DNA of 64,000 bases from a bacterium (GTDB taxonomy: Bacteria; SAR324; XYD2-FULL-50-16; G965216635), in contig OZ244188.1 of assembly GCA_965216635.1 (NCBI GenBank), forward strand, positions 2,304,001-2,368,000, read 5' to 3'. Within the stretch, counting starts at the first letter, position 1. Each line of letters opens with the position of its first letter. Below, one piece after another: positions 50,779 to 60,294 of this stretch. Position numbers and translations under genes: made by a program. The notes below the pieces were generated by a model. That model had not been told where the DNA came from. It ran no database searches and saw only the letters and a list, made by a program, of their open reading frames with translations.

Positions 50779-51036
50779 TTATTTTGTAAGAAAATGATCT
50801 AATATTTTTTTTATTCTCTCATTACAAGGTAATTTGTTAATTGTCATTGAATCAAGGCCAACTGAATCCCTATAAGGATTATATATTCCCAAAAATGTCG
50901 TTCTTAAATCGTAAATTTTCTGCGACATTTCTTCATCTATTTCGTCACTTGCTTTTTCATTTACCATAAGATGAAAAAGTAATATTTCTTCTATGAAGAG
51001 TTCCACTTCATTTAAGAATTTATCTTTTTTTATCAT
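50779..51036 (-). CDS. Hypothetical protein
   Basis: 85-aa ORF with ATG start in the toxin-antitoxin patch. Confidence 0.55.
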   Translation of the reverse strand: MIKKDKFLNEVELFIEEILLFHLMVNEKASDEIDEEMSQKIYDLRTTFLGIYNPYRDSVGLDSMTINKLPCNERIKKILDHFLTK

Positions 51037-51143
51037 AATTGTTTTTAGTTAAGTTGAAATTCACTGAATAAAATTATAAAGTATTCAATATCTTATTTTA
51101 TGTCAAGATAATATTTCAAATAAATATCAAAATTAAGAAATAT

Positions 51144-51377
51144 TTATAATTCTTTTTCTAATTCATTCCAAAATTCTTTAGCAGATAAGGTTTTGGAATT
51201 AGGGTCATTAAATCTTTTTCTGGCTTCTTTTAAATCTTGAGCATCCATATACATTTCTAGTGCTTCAGAAATAATGGTCGTTTTTTTCTTACCTAATTCA
51301 TTAGACATTGTATTCAAATACTTTGAAAGTTTTAAGGGTAAAACAAAAGTTTCTGTTTTTATTGTTTTGTCTCGCAT
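51144..51377 (-). CDS. Ribbon-helix-helix RelB-like antitoxin, no adjacent RelE
   Basis: LNTMSNELGKKKTTIISEALEMY..QDLKEA...TLSAKEFWNEL. Confidence 0.7.
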   Translation of the reverse strand: MRDKTIKTETFVLPLKLSKYLNTMSNELGKKKTTIISEALEMYMDAQDLKEARKRFNDPNSKTLSAKEFWNELEKEL

Positions 51378-51485
51378 TTATTTTAAAAAGTTAATCCTTA
51401 TAAAATGAGTATAGTATAATTTATTTAGATTATTAGACGAATTTATAAAAATTATCAACTATAAAATAAGCAAAAAATATCTTCG

Positions 51486-51662
51486 TTAGATACCCAATTG
51501 TTTTTTGATGTGCTGAGCTAATCTATTGTCTATTTCGGTATGTCTTGGGACAGGTTGTTTCTTTTTATTTATCTTATTTTGATAAATATCGTGATTGGCA
51601 CCGTGCCTTAGCAATATACATTTATTCTGTTCTAAGTATCTAACAAATTCTTTTTTTTTCAC
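51486..51662 (-). CDS. hicA: HicA family toxin (58 aa, GTG start; absent from the ORF track)
   Basis: Hand translation MKKKEFVRYLEQNKCILLRHGANHDIYQNKINKKKQPVPRHTEIDNRLAQHIKKQLGI; GTGA overlap with hicB. Confidence 0.88.
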   Translation of the reverse strand: MKKKEFVRYLEQNKCILLRHGANHDIYQNKINKKKQPVPRHTEIDNRLAQHIKKQLGI

Positions 51663-51850
51663 ATTGCTATTTCTTTTGTCTGATATTCTTCAGGAACATC
51701 ATCCATAGCCATCATCAAATAGGCATCGCGGAGATTTTCTTCTAGTTCAGCGAGTGTTTCCCCTTGCGTCATTATTTCTGGATGTTCTAGCAATTTTCCA
51801 AGCCAAAACTTTTCTGATTTCCAATAAATCATTTTCATTTTTACTTCCAT
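51659..51850 (-). CDS. hicB: HicB family antitoxin (short form)
   Basis: PEIMTQGETLAELEENLRDAY; directly upstream of hicA. Confidence 0.88.
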   Translation of the reverse strand: MEVKMKMIYWKSEKFWLGKLLEHPEIMTQGETLAELEENLRDAYLMMAMDDVPEEYQTKEIAM

Positions 51851-51906
51851 TATTTTTCGGTTGAAGATTTTAATAATTAATATAATGTTATTTACTATAA
51901 GAATCT

Positions 51907-52037
51907 ATAAAAATTATCAACTATAAAATAAGCAAAAAATATCTTCGTTAGATACCAATTGTTTTTTGATGTGCTGAGCTAATCTATTGTCTATTTCGGT
52001 ATGTTTTGGGACAGGTTGTTTCCTTTTATTTATCTTA
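51907..52037 (-). pseudogene. Duplicated 3' fragment of hicA with downstream DNA, cut by a repeat element
   Basis: Near-identical to about 51444-51576, with a 1-bp deletion. Confidence 0.8.
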
Positions 52038-52560
52038 TAGACCTTTGAATTTGCCAAATAGGACAAAACCAGCTGTTTTGGCTAAACTTTGGTAAAGTCT
52101 AGCTAAACTAATAATTTGAATTTGCCAAATAGGACAAAACCAGCTGTTTTGGCTAGACTTTGGTAAAATCTAGCTAAACTAGGGAAAGGTCTCATTATGT
52201 TTTGTTTGACATCAATGCTATATTTGGCTAGACTTTGGTAAAATCTAGCTAACTAATAATTTGAATTTGCCAAATAGGACAAAACCAGCTGTTTTGGCTA
52301 AACTTTGGTAAAATCTAGCTAAACTAGGGAAAGGTCTCATTATGTTTTGTTTGACATCAATGCTATATTTGGCTAGACTTTGGTAAAATCTAGCTAAACT
52401 AATAATTTGAATTTGCCAAATAGGACAAAACCAGCTGTTTTGGCTAAACTTTGGTAAAGTCTAGCCAAACTAGGAAAAGGTCTCATTATGTTTTGCTTGA
52501 CATCAATATTATATTTTGCTAGACTTTGGTAAAGTCTAGCTAAACTAGACACAACCTAGA
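52038..52560. repeat. Tandem array of about 145-146-bp MITE-derived units (about 3.5 copies)
   Basis: GAATTTGCCAAATAGGACAAAACCAGCTG at about 52048, 52118, 52263, 52409. Confidence 0.92.
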
Positions 52561-52703
52561 CAAACTAGGAAAATGTTTTTTATAAACCTTTGAATTTCTT
52601 AGAAATTCAAAAGGCTATTTTAATTTAAACTTAGACCTTTGAATTTGCATTTTGTTTAGTCTAAACAGAACGCAAATTCAATAGTCTCAAACTAAAAAAA
52701 ATT

Positions 52704-53900
52704 ATGCAAGGAATATCAAAAAGAACGTTAAAAATGCCTCTTAAAAATTATAAGACAAAAGTAGCTCAATCTAATCAATGGGCTGGTTTTCAATGGGCTA
52801 GACAACGGGCTGGATTCCAATGGACATTACTGCTAGGTGCGGTTTTGTTGAGTTTTCAGTTTGTAGGAAATCTGCAGGCGCAGGACAGCCAAACAAGTAA
52901 AATTGGTAAAGGTGGTTGGTTTATTGGGTTAACTCCCTATGCTTTGGGTCTTTCGGAGTCAAAGACTTCTGCTCGTATAACAAGTGTTACTCCTACAGGC
53001 GCCATAATAGATAGTAGTGGTGGTGGATTTAGCTTTACTGCTGCAGCTCCTAGTGATACAATACTTCTAATTGTTGGTTCTCAAGACCACGCACAAAAGG
53101 CATCTGTAAGGATTTGTGAGACGGGTTTTGCGAGCACAGACGGAATAAGCAATGATGGTTTTATAGGTTTTCAATTCGCCCTAGCAGATGAAACCTATGA
53201 TAGCACTGTCTACCAATTTAATGTTTCCACATACTGTAAAAGGCACTTTGATGATCTTTTTTCCAATGCTACCCTAGTAGATGTGCCATTTCAATTAGAA
53301 GCCTCAAAACCAGCGACAGCAAAATGGAGCGGTGCCGGCTTGCACTTCGGCTGGCAGTTTCCCGAAGGAGATAGAGTAGGATTGCAGCTACACAACTGGA
53401 AAGGAGATGGTACCGAGGTGAGTAGCCAAATTGCAATCTACGACTATTTTTTTCCCAAAGGCTTTTATGCGGGACTAGGAATTGGAACTCTGCAACTCAA
53501 AGCACTAGGCAAAACAGAAAGCCAAAGAGCAACAGCTGTGAATCTGGGTTGGCAGTATTCTATTAAAGAGAATCTCAAGCTGGAATTAGGCTACCTTCTT
53601 TTGAACGGCGAGGTAAGCGTTAAAAAAACCAAAGTAACCAGAACTGTAGTGCTTTCCAGTGCAGTAGTGCCAGCACAAACTGTATATTTGGGATTTTCTC
53701 ATAATTCGGCACCTTTTTATGAAACAATTTGTGGACCACCTCGAGCTTTGTGTAAGTTTGCCTTTCCTATGACAGGAGGAAGAGTTACTAGCGAGCCACT
53801 CACTCGGGAAACATCACAAGAACACGAAGTAATAGAAACCCAAGAAGTAACCGTCTCCAAACCATCTGTGATCTATATCCGCTTGAGCCTCAGCTTTTAA
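52704..53900 (+). CDS. Predicted outer-membrane beta-barrel protein; paralog of 24109-25434
   Basis: GNLQAQD, GWFIGLTPYALG, GFYAGLG, C-terminal IYIRLSLSF. Confidence 0.72.
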   Translation: MQGISKRTLKMPLKNYKTKVAQSNQWAGFQWARQRAGFQWTLLLGAVLLSFQFVGNLQAQDSQTSKIGKGGWFIGLTPYALGLSESKTSARITSVTPTGAIIDSSGGGFSFTAAAPSDTILLIVGSQDHAQKASVRICETGFASTDGISNDGFIGFQFALADETYDSTVYQFNVSTYCKRHFDDLFSNATLVDVPFQLEASKPATAKWSGAGLHFGWQFPEGDRVGLQLHNWKGDGTEVSSQIAIYDYFFPKGFYAGLGIGTLQLKALGKTESQRATAVNLGWQYSIKENLKLELGYLLLNGEVSVKKTKVTRTVVLSSAVVPAQTVYLGFSHNSAPFYETICGPPRALCKFAFPMTGGRVTSEPLTRETSQEHEVIETQEVTVSKPSVIYIRLSLSF

Positions 53901-54106
53901 AAACCTGTAGGGGATGTTTTTTTTTCCAACCTGCAGGGGACATTTTTTTTGCCAACCTGCAGGGGACATTTTTTTTGCTTTGCAAAAAATGTGTCCCCGT
54001 TCTTAAAGAAGAAGGGGTTTAAAGGTCTATATACTTTTGAATTAACCAAATAGGACAAAACCAGCTGTTTTAGCTAAACAGCTAGTTTTGGCAAATTCAA
54101 AAATCT
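53900..54106. repeat. REP-like GYAGGGGA hairpin cluster followed by a short MITE-like element (54030-54106)
   Basis: AACCTGYAGGGGAYRTTTTTTTT x3; reverse complement of parts of 23701-23775. Confidence 0.75.
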
Positions 54107-54279
54107 ATTCTATATTATCTACAATAAAACTCTTGACAAAATTCATAAAAAAATTCATAACAATAACCTTGTTAAGGAAAAGTTCCTTATTTTAACAAAA
54201 AAAGACCATTGCATAGTAGATATAGTCTAAATACTGGTTTCAATCAGTGAAGGTTTTTAAAAAAACAATAGTTTAGCTT

Positions 54280-55911
54280 ATGGAACTGCAAAGTAGTCTT
54301 TTTCATCATAAAAAAAATATGAAAAAAATAATAATCACGATTCTGACTTTAGGGTCTTTGGTTACGGCTAGCAATGTATTTGCGGCTAAAACCTTTATCT
54401 ATTGTTCAGAGGGAAGTCCTGAAGGTTTTAATGCTGCGCTTTATACTTCAGGTACAACTTTTGATGCAAGCTCAAAAACGATTTATAATCGTCTTGTGGA
54501 GTTTGCTTATGGTAGCACTCAGGTTGTCCCAGCACTTGCAAAGAGCTGGAAAGTCTCCAAAGACAACTTAAGTTTTACCTTTACTCTGCGAAAAGGTGTG
54601 AAGTTTCATAAGACGAAAAATTTCACTCCAACTCGCAATTTTAATGCTGATGATGTGTTGTATAGTTTCAACCGACAGTTTGATAAAAATCATCCTTACC
54701 ATAAAATTTCTGGAGGTAGTTATGAATATTTTACTGGAATGGATATGCCTAATATTATCAAATCTATTGAAAAATTGGGATCTTATAAGGTGAGGTTTAA
54801 CTTAAATAAACCAGAGGCGCCTTTTATAGCTAACCTAGCTATGGACTTTGCTTCTATCGGCTCTGCTGAATATGCGGAAGCTATGATGAAGGCTGGAACA
54901 CCTGAAAAAGTGGATTTGGAACCTGTAGCTACTGGTCCTTTTCAATTGGAAAGTTACCAAAAAGATTCTGTTATTCGTTATAAAGCTAATCCTAATTATT
55001 TTAAAGGAAAAGCAAAAATTGATAACTTAATTTTTTCTATTACTCCAAATGCTTCTGTGCGTTATGCAAAGCTAAAAGCTGGAGAGTGCCATCACATGCC
55101 TTATCCTAATCCTGCGGATATAGCAGCAATGAAAAAAAGTTCTAAGGTTAATTTGTTACAGCAAGAAGGATTGAATGTAGGTTATCTTGCTTACAACACA
55201 CAGAAAAAACCTTTTACTAACGCAAAAGTAAGGAAAGCCTTAAATATGGCTATTAATAAAAAAAATATTATTAATGCCATTTTTCAGCAGGCTGGTAAAG
55301 TCGCAAAAAATCCGATTCCTCCCACTATGTGGTCTTACAATAATGCGGTGAAAGATGATTCTTATAACCCGACAGAAGCGAAAAAACTATTGGCTCAAGC
55401 AGGTTATCCCAATGGTTTTAAGACGGATATTTGGGCTATGCCAGTGCAACGACCTTACAACCCGAATGCTCGTAGAATGGCAGAAATCATCCAAGAAGAT
55501 TGGGCTAAAATAGGAGTGGATGCGAAAATTGTAAGCTACGAATGGGGTGAATATCTCAACCGTTCTAAGAAAGGAGAACATCAGACTGTTCTGCTGGGTT
55601 GGACTGGAGATAATGGAGATCCTGATAATTTCCTTTATGTTTTATTGAGTTGTGCAGCAGCAGCACAGGGTCCTAACCGTGCTCGTTGGTGCAACAAAGA
55701 ATTCAATGACTTACTGGAAGAAGCAAAACAAACTACAAATATAGAAACAAGAACAAAACTTTATAAAAAAGCGCAACTTGTTTTTAAAAGAGAAGCTCCT
55801 TGGGCAACCATTGCTCATTCTGTCGTTAGTGAAGCTTTGAGTCCTAAAGTAGTAGGATACAAAATTGACCCATTAGGTGGTCATTTCTTTTATCCCGTGG
55901 ATTTGAAATAA
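54280..55911 (+). CDS. dppA: Dipeptide ABC transporter substrate-binding protein (start probably ATG 54319)
   Basis: YCSEGSPEGFN, WAMPVQRPYNP, GWTGDNGDPDNF. Confidence 0.95.
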   Translation: MELQSSLFHHKKNMKKIIITILTLGSLVTASNVFAAKTFIYCSEGSPEGFNAALYTSGTTFDASSKTIYNRLVEFAYGSTQVVPALAKSWKVSKDNLSFTFTLRKGVKFHKTKNFTPTRNFNADDVLYSFNRQFDKNHPYHKISGGSYEYFTGMDMPNIIKSIEKLGSYKVRFNLNKPEAPFIANLAMDFASIGSAEYAEAMMKAGTPEKVDLEPVATGPFQLESYQKDSVIRYKANPNYFKGKAKIDNLIFSITPNASVRYAKLKAGECHHMPYPNPADIAAMKKSSKVNLLQQEGLNVGYLAYNTQKKPFTNAKVRKALNMAINKKNIINAIFQQAGKVAKNPIPPTMWSYNNAVKDDSYNPTEAKKLLAQAGYPNGFKTDIWAMPVQRPYNPNARRMAEIIQEDWAKIGVDAKIVSYEWGEYLNRSKKGEHQTVLLGWTGDNGDPDNFLYVLLSCAAAAQGPNRARWCNKEFNDLLEEAKQTTNIETRTKLYKKAQLVFKREAPWATIAHSVVSEALSPKVVGYKIDPLGGHFFYPVDLK

Positions 55912-55922
55912 TTGCTCTTTTG

Positions 55923-55949
55923 AGATGGAAGCTTAGGCTTCCATCTTTT
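55923..55949 (+). terminator. Hairpin/terminator after dppA
   Basis: AGATGGAAGC-ttag-GCTTCCATCT-TTT. Confidence 0.75.
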
Positions 55950-55977
55950 GAAGATTTCTTAAAAATCTTTATCTCCA

Positions 55978-56982
55978 ATGTTTGCTTTTCTACTCAAAAG
56001 AGTTAGCCTCATAATTCCTACCTTTATTGGAGTCACCTTACTCACTTTTTTTATGATTCGTCTTGTTCCGGGCGATGCTATTGAAGTTAGGTCCGGAGAA
56101 AGAGGAATATCTGCCGAGCGCCACGCCGAACTTGCCGCTGAACTTGGTCTAGATAAACCAATCCTTTCACAATACGCCGATTATGTAGGTGGATTATTTC
56201 AAGGTAATTTTGGAACATCTTTTGTAACCAACAAACCTGTTCTTGAAGAATTTTTAACGCTTTTCCCTGCTACCTTAGAGCTATCCATTGCAGCTATGCT
56301 GATAGCCCTTATTTTGGGTATACCACTGGGAGTTTTAGCAGCAGTAAAGCGAGGCACTGCTTACGATCACGGAGCAGTCACCTTTGCTCTTACTGGCTAT
56401 TCCATGCCTATTTTTTGGTGGGCTTTAATTCTAATTTTATTTTTTTCTGTTGGGTTAGGTTGGACTCCCGTTTCTGGAAGAATTTCTGTAATCTATTGGA
56501 TAGAACCTGTCACGGGCTTTATGCTTTTAGACAGTTTAATTTCTGGTGAAGCTGGAGCTTTTCGCTCCGCTGTTTCTCATTTGATTTTGCCTAGCCTAGC
56601 TCTATCTACCATTCCATTAGCTATTATTTTACGAATGACTCGCTCTTCTATGCTAGAAGTAATCAAAGAAGATTATATTCGCTCTGCTAGAGCGAAAGGG
56701 TTATCGCCATTTAAAGTGCTTTTTGTACATGCTTTGCGTAACTCTTTAATTCCTGTAATCACCGTTATAGGTTTAGTTGTTGGCACCTTGATGGGAGGAG
56801 CTATCTTGACCGAAACAATTTTTGCTTGGCCCGGTATCGGAAAATGGATGATAGATTCTATTCACCGCAGAGACTACGCTGTGATCCAAAGCGGAATTTT
56901 AATTATTGCCTGCATAGTAATTTTTATTAATCTAGTAGTAGATATACTCTACGGAGTTATTAATCCTAGAATCCGTCGCTAA
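55978..56982 (+). CDS. dppB: Dipeptide ABC transporter permease
   Basis: SMPIFWW, EDYIRSARAKGL, NPRIR. Confidence 0.95.
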   Translation: MFAFLLKRVSLIIPTFIGVTLLTFFMIRLVPGDAIEVRSGERGISAERHAELAAELGLDKPILSQYADYVGGLFQGNFGTSFVTNKPVLEEFLTLFPATLELSIAAMLIALILGIPLGVLAAVKRGTAYDHGAVTFALTGYSMPIFWWALILILFFSVGLGWTPVSGRISVIYWIEPVTGFMLLDSLISGEAGAFRSAVSHLILPSLALSTIPLAIILRMTRSSMLEVIKEDYIRSARAKGLSPFKVLFVHALRNSLIPVITVIGLVVGTLMGGAILTETIFAWPGIGKWMIDSIHRRDYAVIQSGILIIACIVIFINLVVDILYGVINPRIRR

Positions 56983-57125
56983 GGTCTATTATATTAATTT
57001 TTACTGTTACTAATTCTTTTTTTTATTTATATTTAGATTCCAAAAAACTTAACCCTAACGAAACCATTACTCAACCGTCACATAATGCCAATGCAAGGCT
57101 CTTGGTTTGTTTCTAAAATTATAAA

Positions 57126-58022
57126 ATGCTCAATTCTATATCTAAATCTAGCAAAACTAAAAATCTCACCCACCCCTTTTGGGATTTTTGGCGTTCTTTT
57201 CGTAAGAACAAAGCTGCTTCTATCGGATTATATTTTATCTTGCTACTTGTGGTTTTCGCTATTTTTGCGCCGTGGGTGGCTCCACATCCTCCTTTTGTGC
57301 AATACCGAGATTCTTTACTTGCCCCTCCTTTTTGGCAAGGAGGCAGTTTTACTCATTTTTTAGGTACAGACGATGTAGGTAGAGATATTCTAAGCCGTCT
57401 AATTTTTGGAGCAAGGCTCTCTCTCTTGATTGCTTTTCTGGTTGTATCCCTTGCTTTAGGACTTGGTATACTCTTAGGTCTGCTCGCTGGGTATATTAGA
57501 GGAACATTAGAAATTCTAATTATGCGGTTGATGGATATTTTATTATCAATTCCTAGTCTTTTATTAGCTATTGCTATAGTGGCTATATTGGGACCCAGCC
57601 TACTTAATGCCTCCATTGCAGTGGCGATCATTCAGCTTCCCAGTTTTGTAAGATTGACTAGAGCAGCTGCTATTACAGAACTCAAAAAAGATTATGTTGT
57701 TTCTTCTAAAGTTTCAGGAGCGGGTGGGTTGCGTCTTATGTTTATAACGATTTTACCGAACTGTGTTCCTCCTTTAATTGTGCAAGCTAGTCTCAATTTT
57801 TCTAGTGCAATTTTGGATATGGCAGCGCTTGGTTTTTTGGGTTTAGGGGCGCAACCTCCTTCTCCCGAGTGGGGAACTATGCTTGCCAATGCGCTCCAAT
57901 TTATGCTTCGTGCTTGGTGGGTTGTAACCTTTCCCGGCTTAATTATTTTACTTACTGTGCTATCTTTTAATTTAGTAGGAGATGGATTGAGAGATACACT
58001 AGACCCTAAAACAAAAAAATAA
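57126..58022 (+). CDS. dppC: Dipeptide ABC transporter permease
   Basis: LGTDDVGRDILSRL, LGAQPPSPEWG, GDGLRD. Confidence 0.95.
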   Translation: MLNSISKSSKTKNLTHPFWDFWRSFRKNKAASIGLYFILLLVVFAIFAPWVAPHPPFVQYRDSLLAPPFWQGGSFTHFLGTDDVGRDILSRLIFGARLSLLIAFLVVSLALGLGILLGLLAGYIRGTLEILIMRLMDILLSIPSLLLAIAIVAILGPSLLNASIAVAIIQLPSFVRLTRAAAITELKKDYVVSSKVSGAGGLRLMFITILPNCVPPLIVQASLNFSSAILDMAALGFLGLGAQPPSPEWGTMLANALQFMLRAWWVVTFPGLIILLTVLSFNLVGDGLRDTLDPKTKK

Positions 58023-59029
58023 TGGCACTATTAGAAGTAAAAAATCTCTCTGTTGATTTTCATTCTGCACAGAAAAATTTTCAAGCTGTGGACTCCATTA
58101 GTTTTGAACTTCAGGCTGGAGAAATTTTAGGTATAGTCGGAGAATCAGGTTCAGGCAAAAGTGTTACTGCTTTAGCGATTATGGGATTGTTGGATACAAA
58201 CAGTGAAATCAAAGCCGAAAAATTAAAATTCAACGGGATGGATCTTTTAAATATGGATGCAAAAAAAAGAAGAAAAATTACAGGCGCAGATATAGCTATG
58301 ATTTTCCAAGAACCTATTAGTAGTTTGGATCCTTGTTTTACCATTGGCTACCAAATTATAGAAACCCTAAAGGTGCATCAAATCCAAGAAAAAAAAAAAG
58401 AAAGAGCCTTAGAATTACTACAGCAAGTAGGCATAGCTGATCCTGCGGCTTGCTTCAAGGCTTTTCCGCATCAACTTTCTGGAGGTATGAATCAAAGAGT
58501 AATGATTGCCATTGCCATCGCTTGCAGCCCCAAACTACTTATAGCCGATGAACCAACGACCGCTTTAGATGTAACCATTCAAGCTCAAATTATGGATTTG
58601 CTATTGGAACTACAAAAAAAAAGCAGTTTAGGGGTTATTTTTATTTCTCACGACTTGGCTTTAATCTCAGAATCCGCTCACAGAATAGCAGTTATGTATG
58701 CGGGGCAACTTGTAGAAATTAGAAAAACAGCAGCGTTATTTCGTCACCCGCTCCATCCTTATAGCGAGGCTCTAATATCGTCTCTTCCTGAAAACTCTAA
58801 AGGTGAAAATCGTTTGAAAGTTTTATCTGGTTCTGTGCCCTCAGCAGCTGATAGTATTACAGGCTGTATGTTTCATCCTCGTTGTCCTTACGCTGTGGAA
58901 AAATGTCGCCAGCAACAACCAGAACTTATGGGAAAAAATACAGAAAAAGTAAGATGTTATTTTCCTCTCACAAATAAACAATCGTCCTTAAAAAATAATT
59001 CAAATATTGATTTAACTAAAGTAAAATAA
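58022..59029 (+). CDS. dppD: Dipeptide ABC transporter ATP-binding protein
   Basis: GESGSGKS, LSGGM, DEPTTALD, GCMFHPRC. Confidence 0.93.
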   Translation: MALLEVKNLSVDFHSAQKNFQAVDSISFELQAGEILGIVGESGSGKSVTALAIMGLLDTNSEIKAEKLKFNGMDLLNMDAKKRRKITGADIAMIFQEPISSLDPCFTIGYQIIETLKVHQIQEKKKERALELLQQVGIADPAACFKAFPHQLSGGMNQRVMIAIAIACSPKLLIADEPTTALDVTIQAQIMDLLLELQKKSSLGVIFISHDLALISESAHRIAVMYAGQLVEIRKTAALFRHPLHPYSEALISSLPENSKGENRLKVLSGSVPSAADSITGCMFHPRCPYAVEKCRQQQPELMGKNTEKVRCYFPLTNKQSSLKNNSNIDLTKVK

Positions 59030-59084
59030 TAAAAAATTATGTGCTAAATGTAGTTTTTAAGGGAAAACTAAATAATCTTTTAAA

Positions 59085-60128
59085 ATGAACAAAAACACTC
59101 CTGTTATAGAAGTAAGAAACTTAGACCGCCATTACCCTATCAAAAGGCTGTTCCAAAAAAATCAAATCGTCAAAGCAGTCAATGATATTAGTTTTAAACT
59201 AGAAGTCGGCAAGACTCTCGCCATAGTTGGAGAATCAGGCTGCGGCAAAACCACCCTCGCCAAAGTGCTTACCATGATTGATAAACCTAGTAATGGTTTT
59301 ATTTTTTACGATGGACTAGATTTAAATCAATGTAGCAAAAAAGAAAAAAAAGAACTCCGCAAAAAAATCCAAATTATTTTTCAAAATCCTTATTCCTCTC
59401 TAAATCCAAGAAAAAAAATTGGTAGTATTATTGGCGAGCCTTTAATTATCAACACTAAATTCTCTGCTGCAGAGAGAAAGAAAAAAGTCCTTGCTATGAT
59501 GCATAGTGTAGGATTAGAAGAGGGAATGTACGAACGCTACCCCCACATGTTTTCTGGGGGGCAAAGACAAAGAATAGCGATTGCTCGTGCTTTAATTTTA
59601 AAACCCAAAGTGGTGATTGCAGATGAACCTGTTTCTGCTTTGGATGTTTCTATCCAAGCCCAAGTTTTGAATTTAATGAAGAATTTACAAGATGAACTCA
59701 AGCTAGCCTATATTTTTATTTCTCACGATCTATCCGTAGTAGAAAGAATTGCAGATAAAGTAATAGTGATGTATCTCGGAGAAATAGTAGAACAGGGTAA
59801 AACACAACTCTTATTTGATAAGCCTAGACATCCCTACACCCAAGCCTTACTAGCCAGCACTCCTAAAATAGATTCCAAAAAAAGAAAAAAAATTAAATTG
59901 CTAGGGGAAATGCCTTCTCCTTTACAAATTCCGCAAGGTTGCCCTTTTCAATCTCGTTGTAGATATATGCAAGCAATTTGTAAAAAACACCACCCTAAAC
60001 TAGAAATTTACGATAATAGAATCGTCTCTTGTCTGAGAGTGCATGAAATTGCCCATGAACAAAAAACTGGTGAACAAAAAACTGGTGAACAAAAAACTAG
60101 TAAAAAAAACATCGCTAGTCTAGGTTGA
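59085..60128 (+). CDS. dppF: Dipeptide ABC transporter ATP-binding protein
   Basis: GESGCGKT, FSGGQRQR, DEPVSALD. Confidence 0.93.
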   Translation: MNKNTPVIEVRNLDRHYPIKRLFQKNQIVKAVNDISFKLEVGKTLAIVGESGCGKTTLAKVLTMIDKPSNGFIFYDGLDLNQCSKKEKKELRKKIQIIFQNPYSSLNPRKKIGSIIGEPLIINTKFSAAERKKKVLAMMHSVGLEEGMYERYPHMFSGGQRQRIAIARALILKPKVVIADEPVSALDVSIQAQVLNLMKNLQDELKLAYIFISHDLSVVERIADKVIVMYLGEIVEQGKTQLLFDKPRHPYTQALLASTPKIDSKKRKKIKLLGEMPSPLQIPQGCPFQSRCRYMQAICKKHHPKLEIYDNRIVSCLRVHEIAHEQKTGEQKTGEQKTSKKNIASLG

Positions 60129-60294
60129 ATCCGTATGTTTTTCTTTATAAAACTACTTTAATCTATAGAATTTTTTTTTTAAAAACACACTCTGTTTAAA
60201 ATAACAAATTCGTCTAAATAGCTAACCAATAAGCTAGTTGTTTTTTTTATAAAAATAGACTACAAATTTGCTATAGATTTATATTTCTAAAATT

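Noticed and set aside
60129..60294. FMN riboswitch upstream of ribBA
   Set aside because: The region is very AT-rich and lacks the conserved RFN motifs
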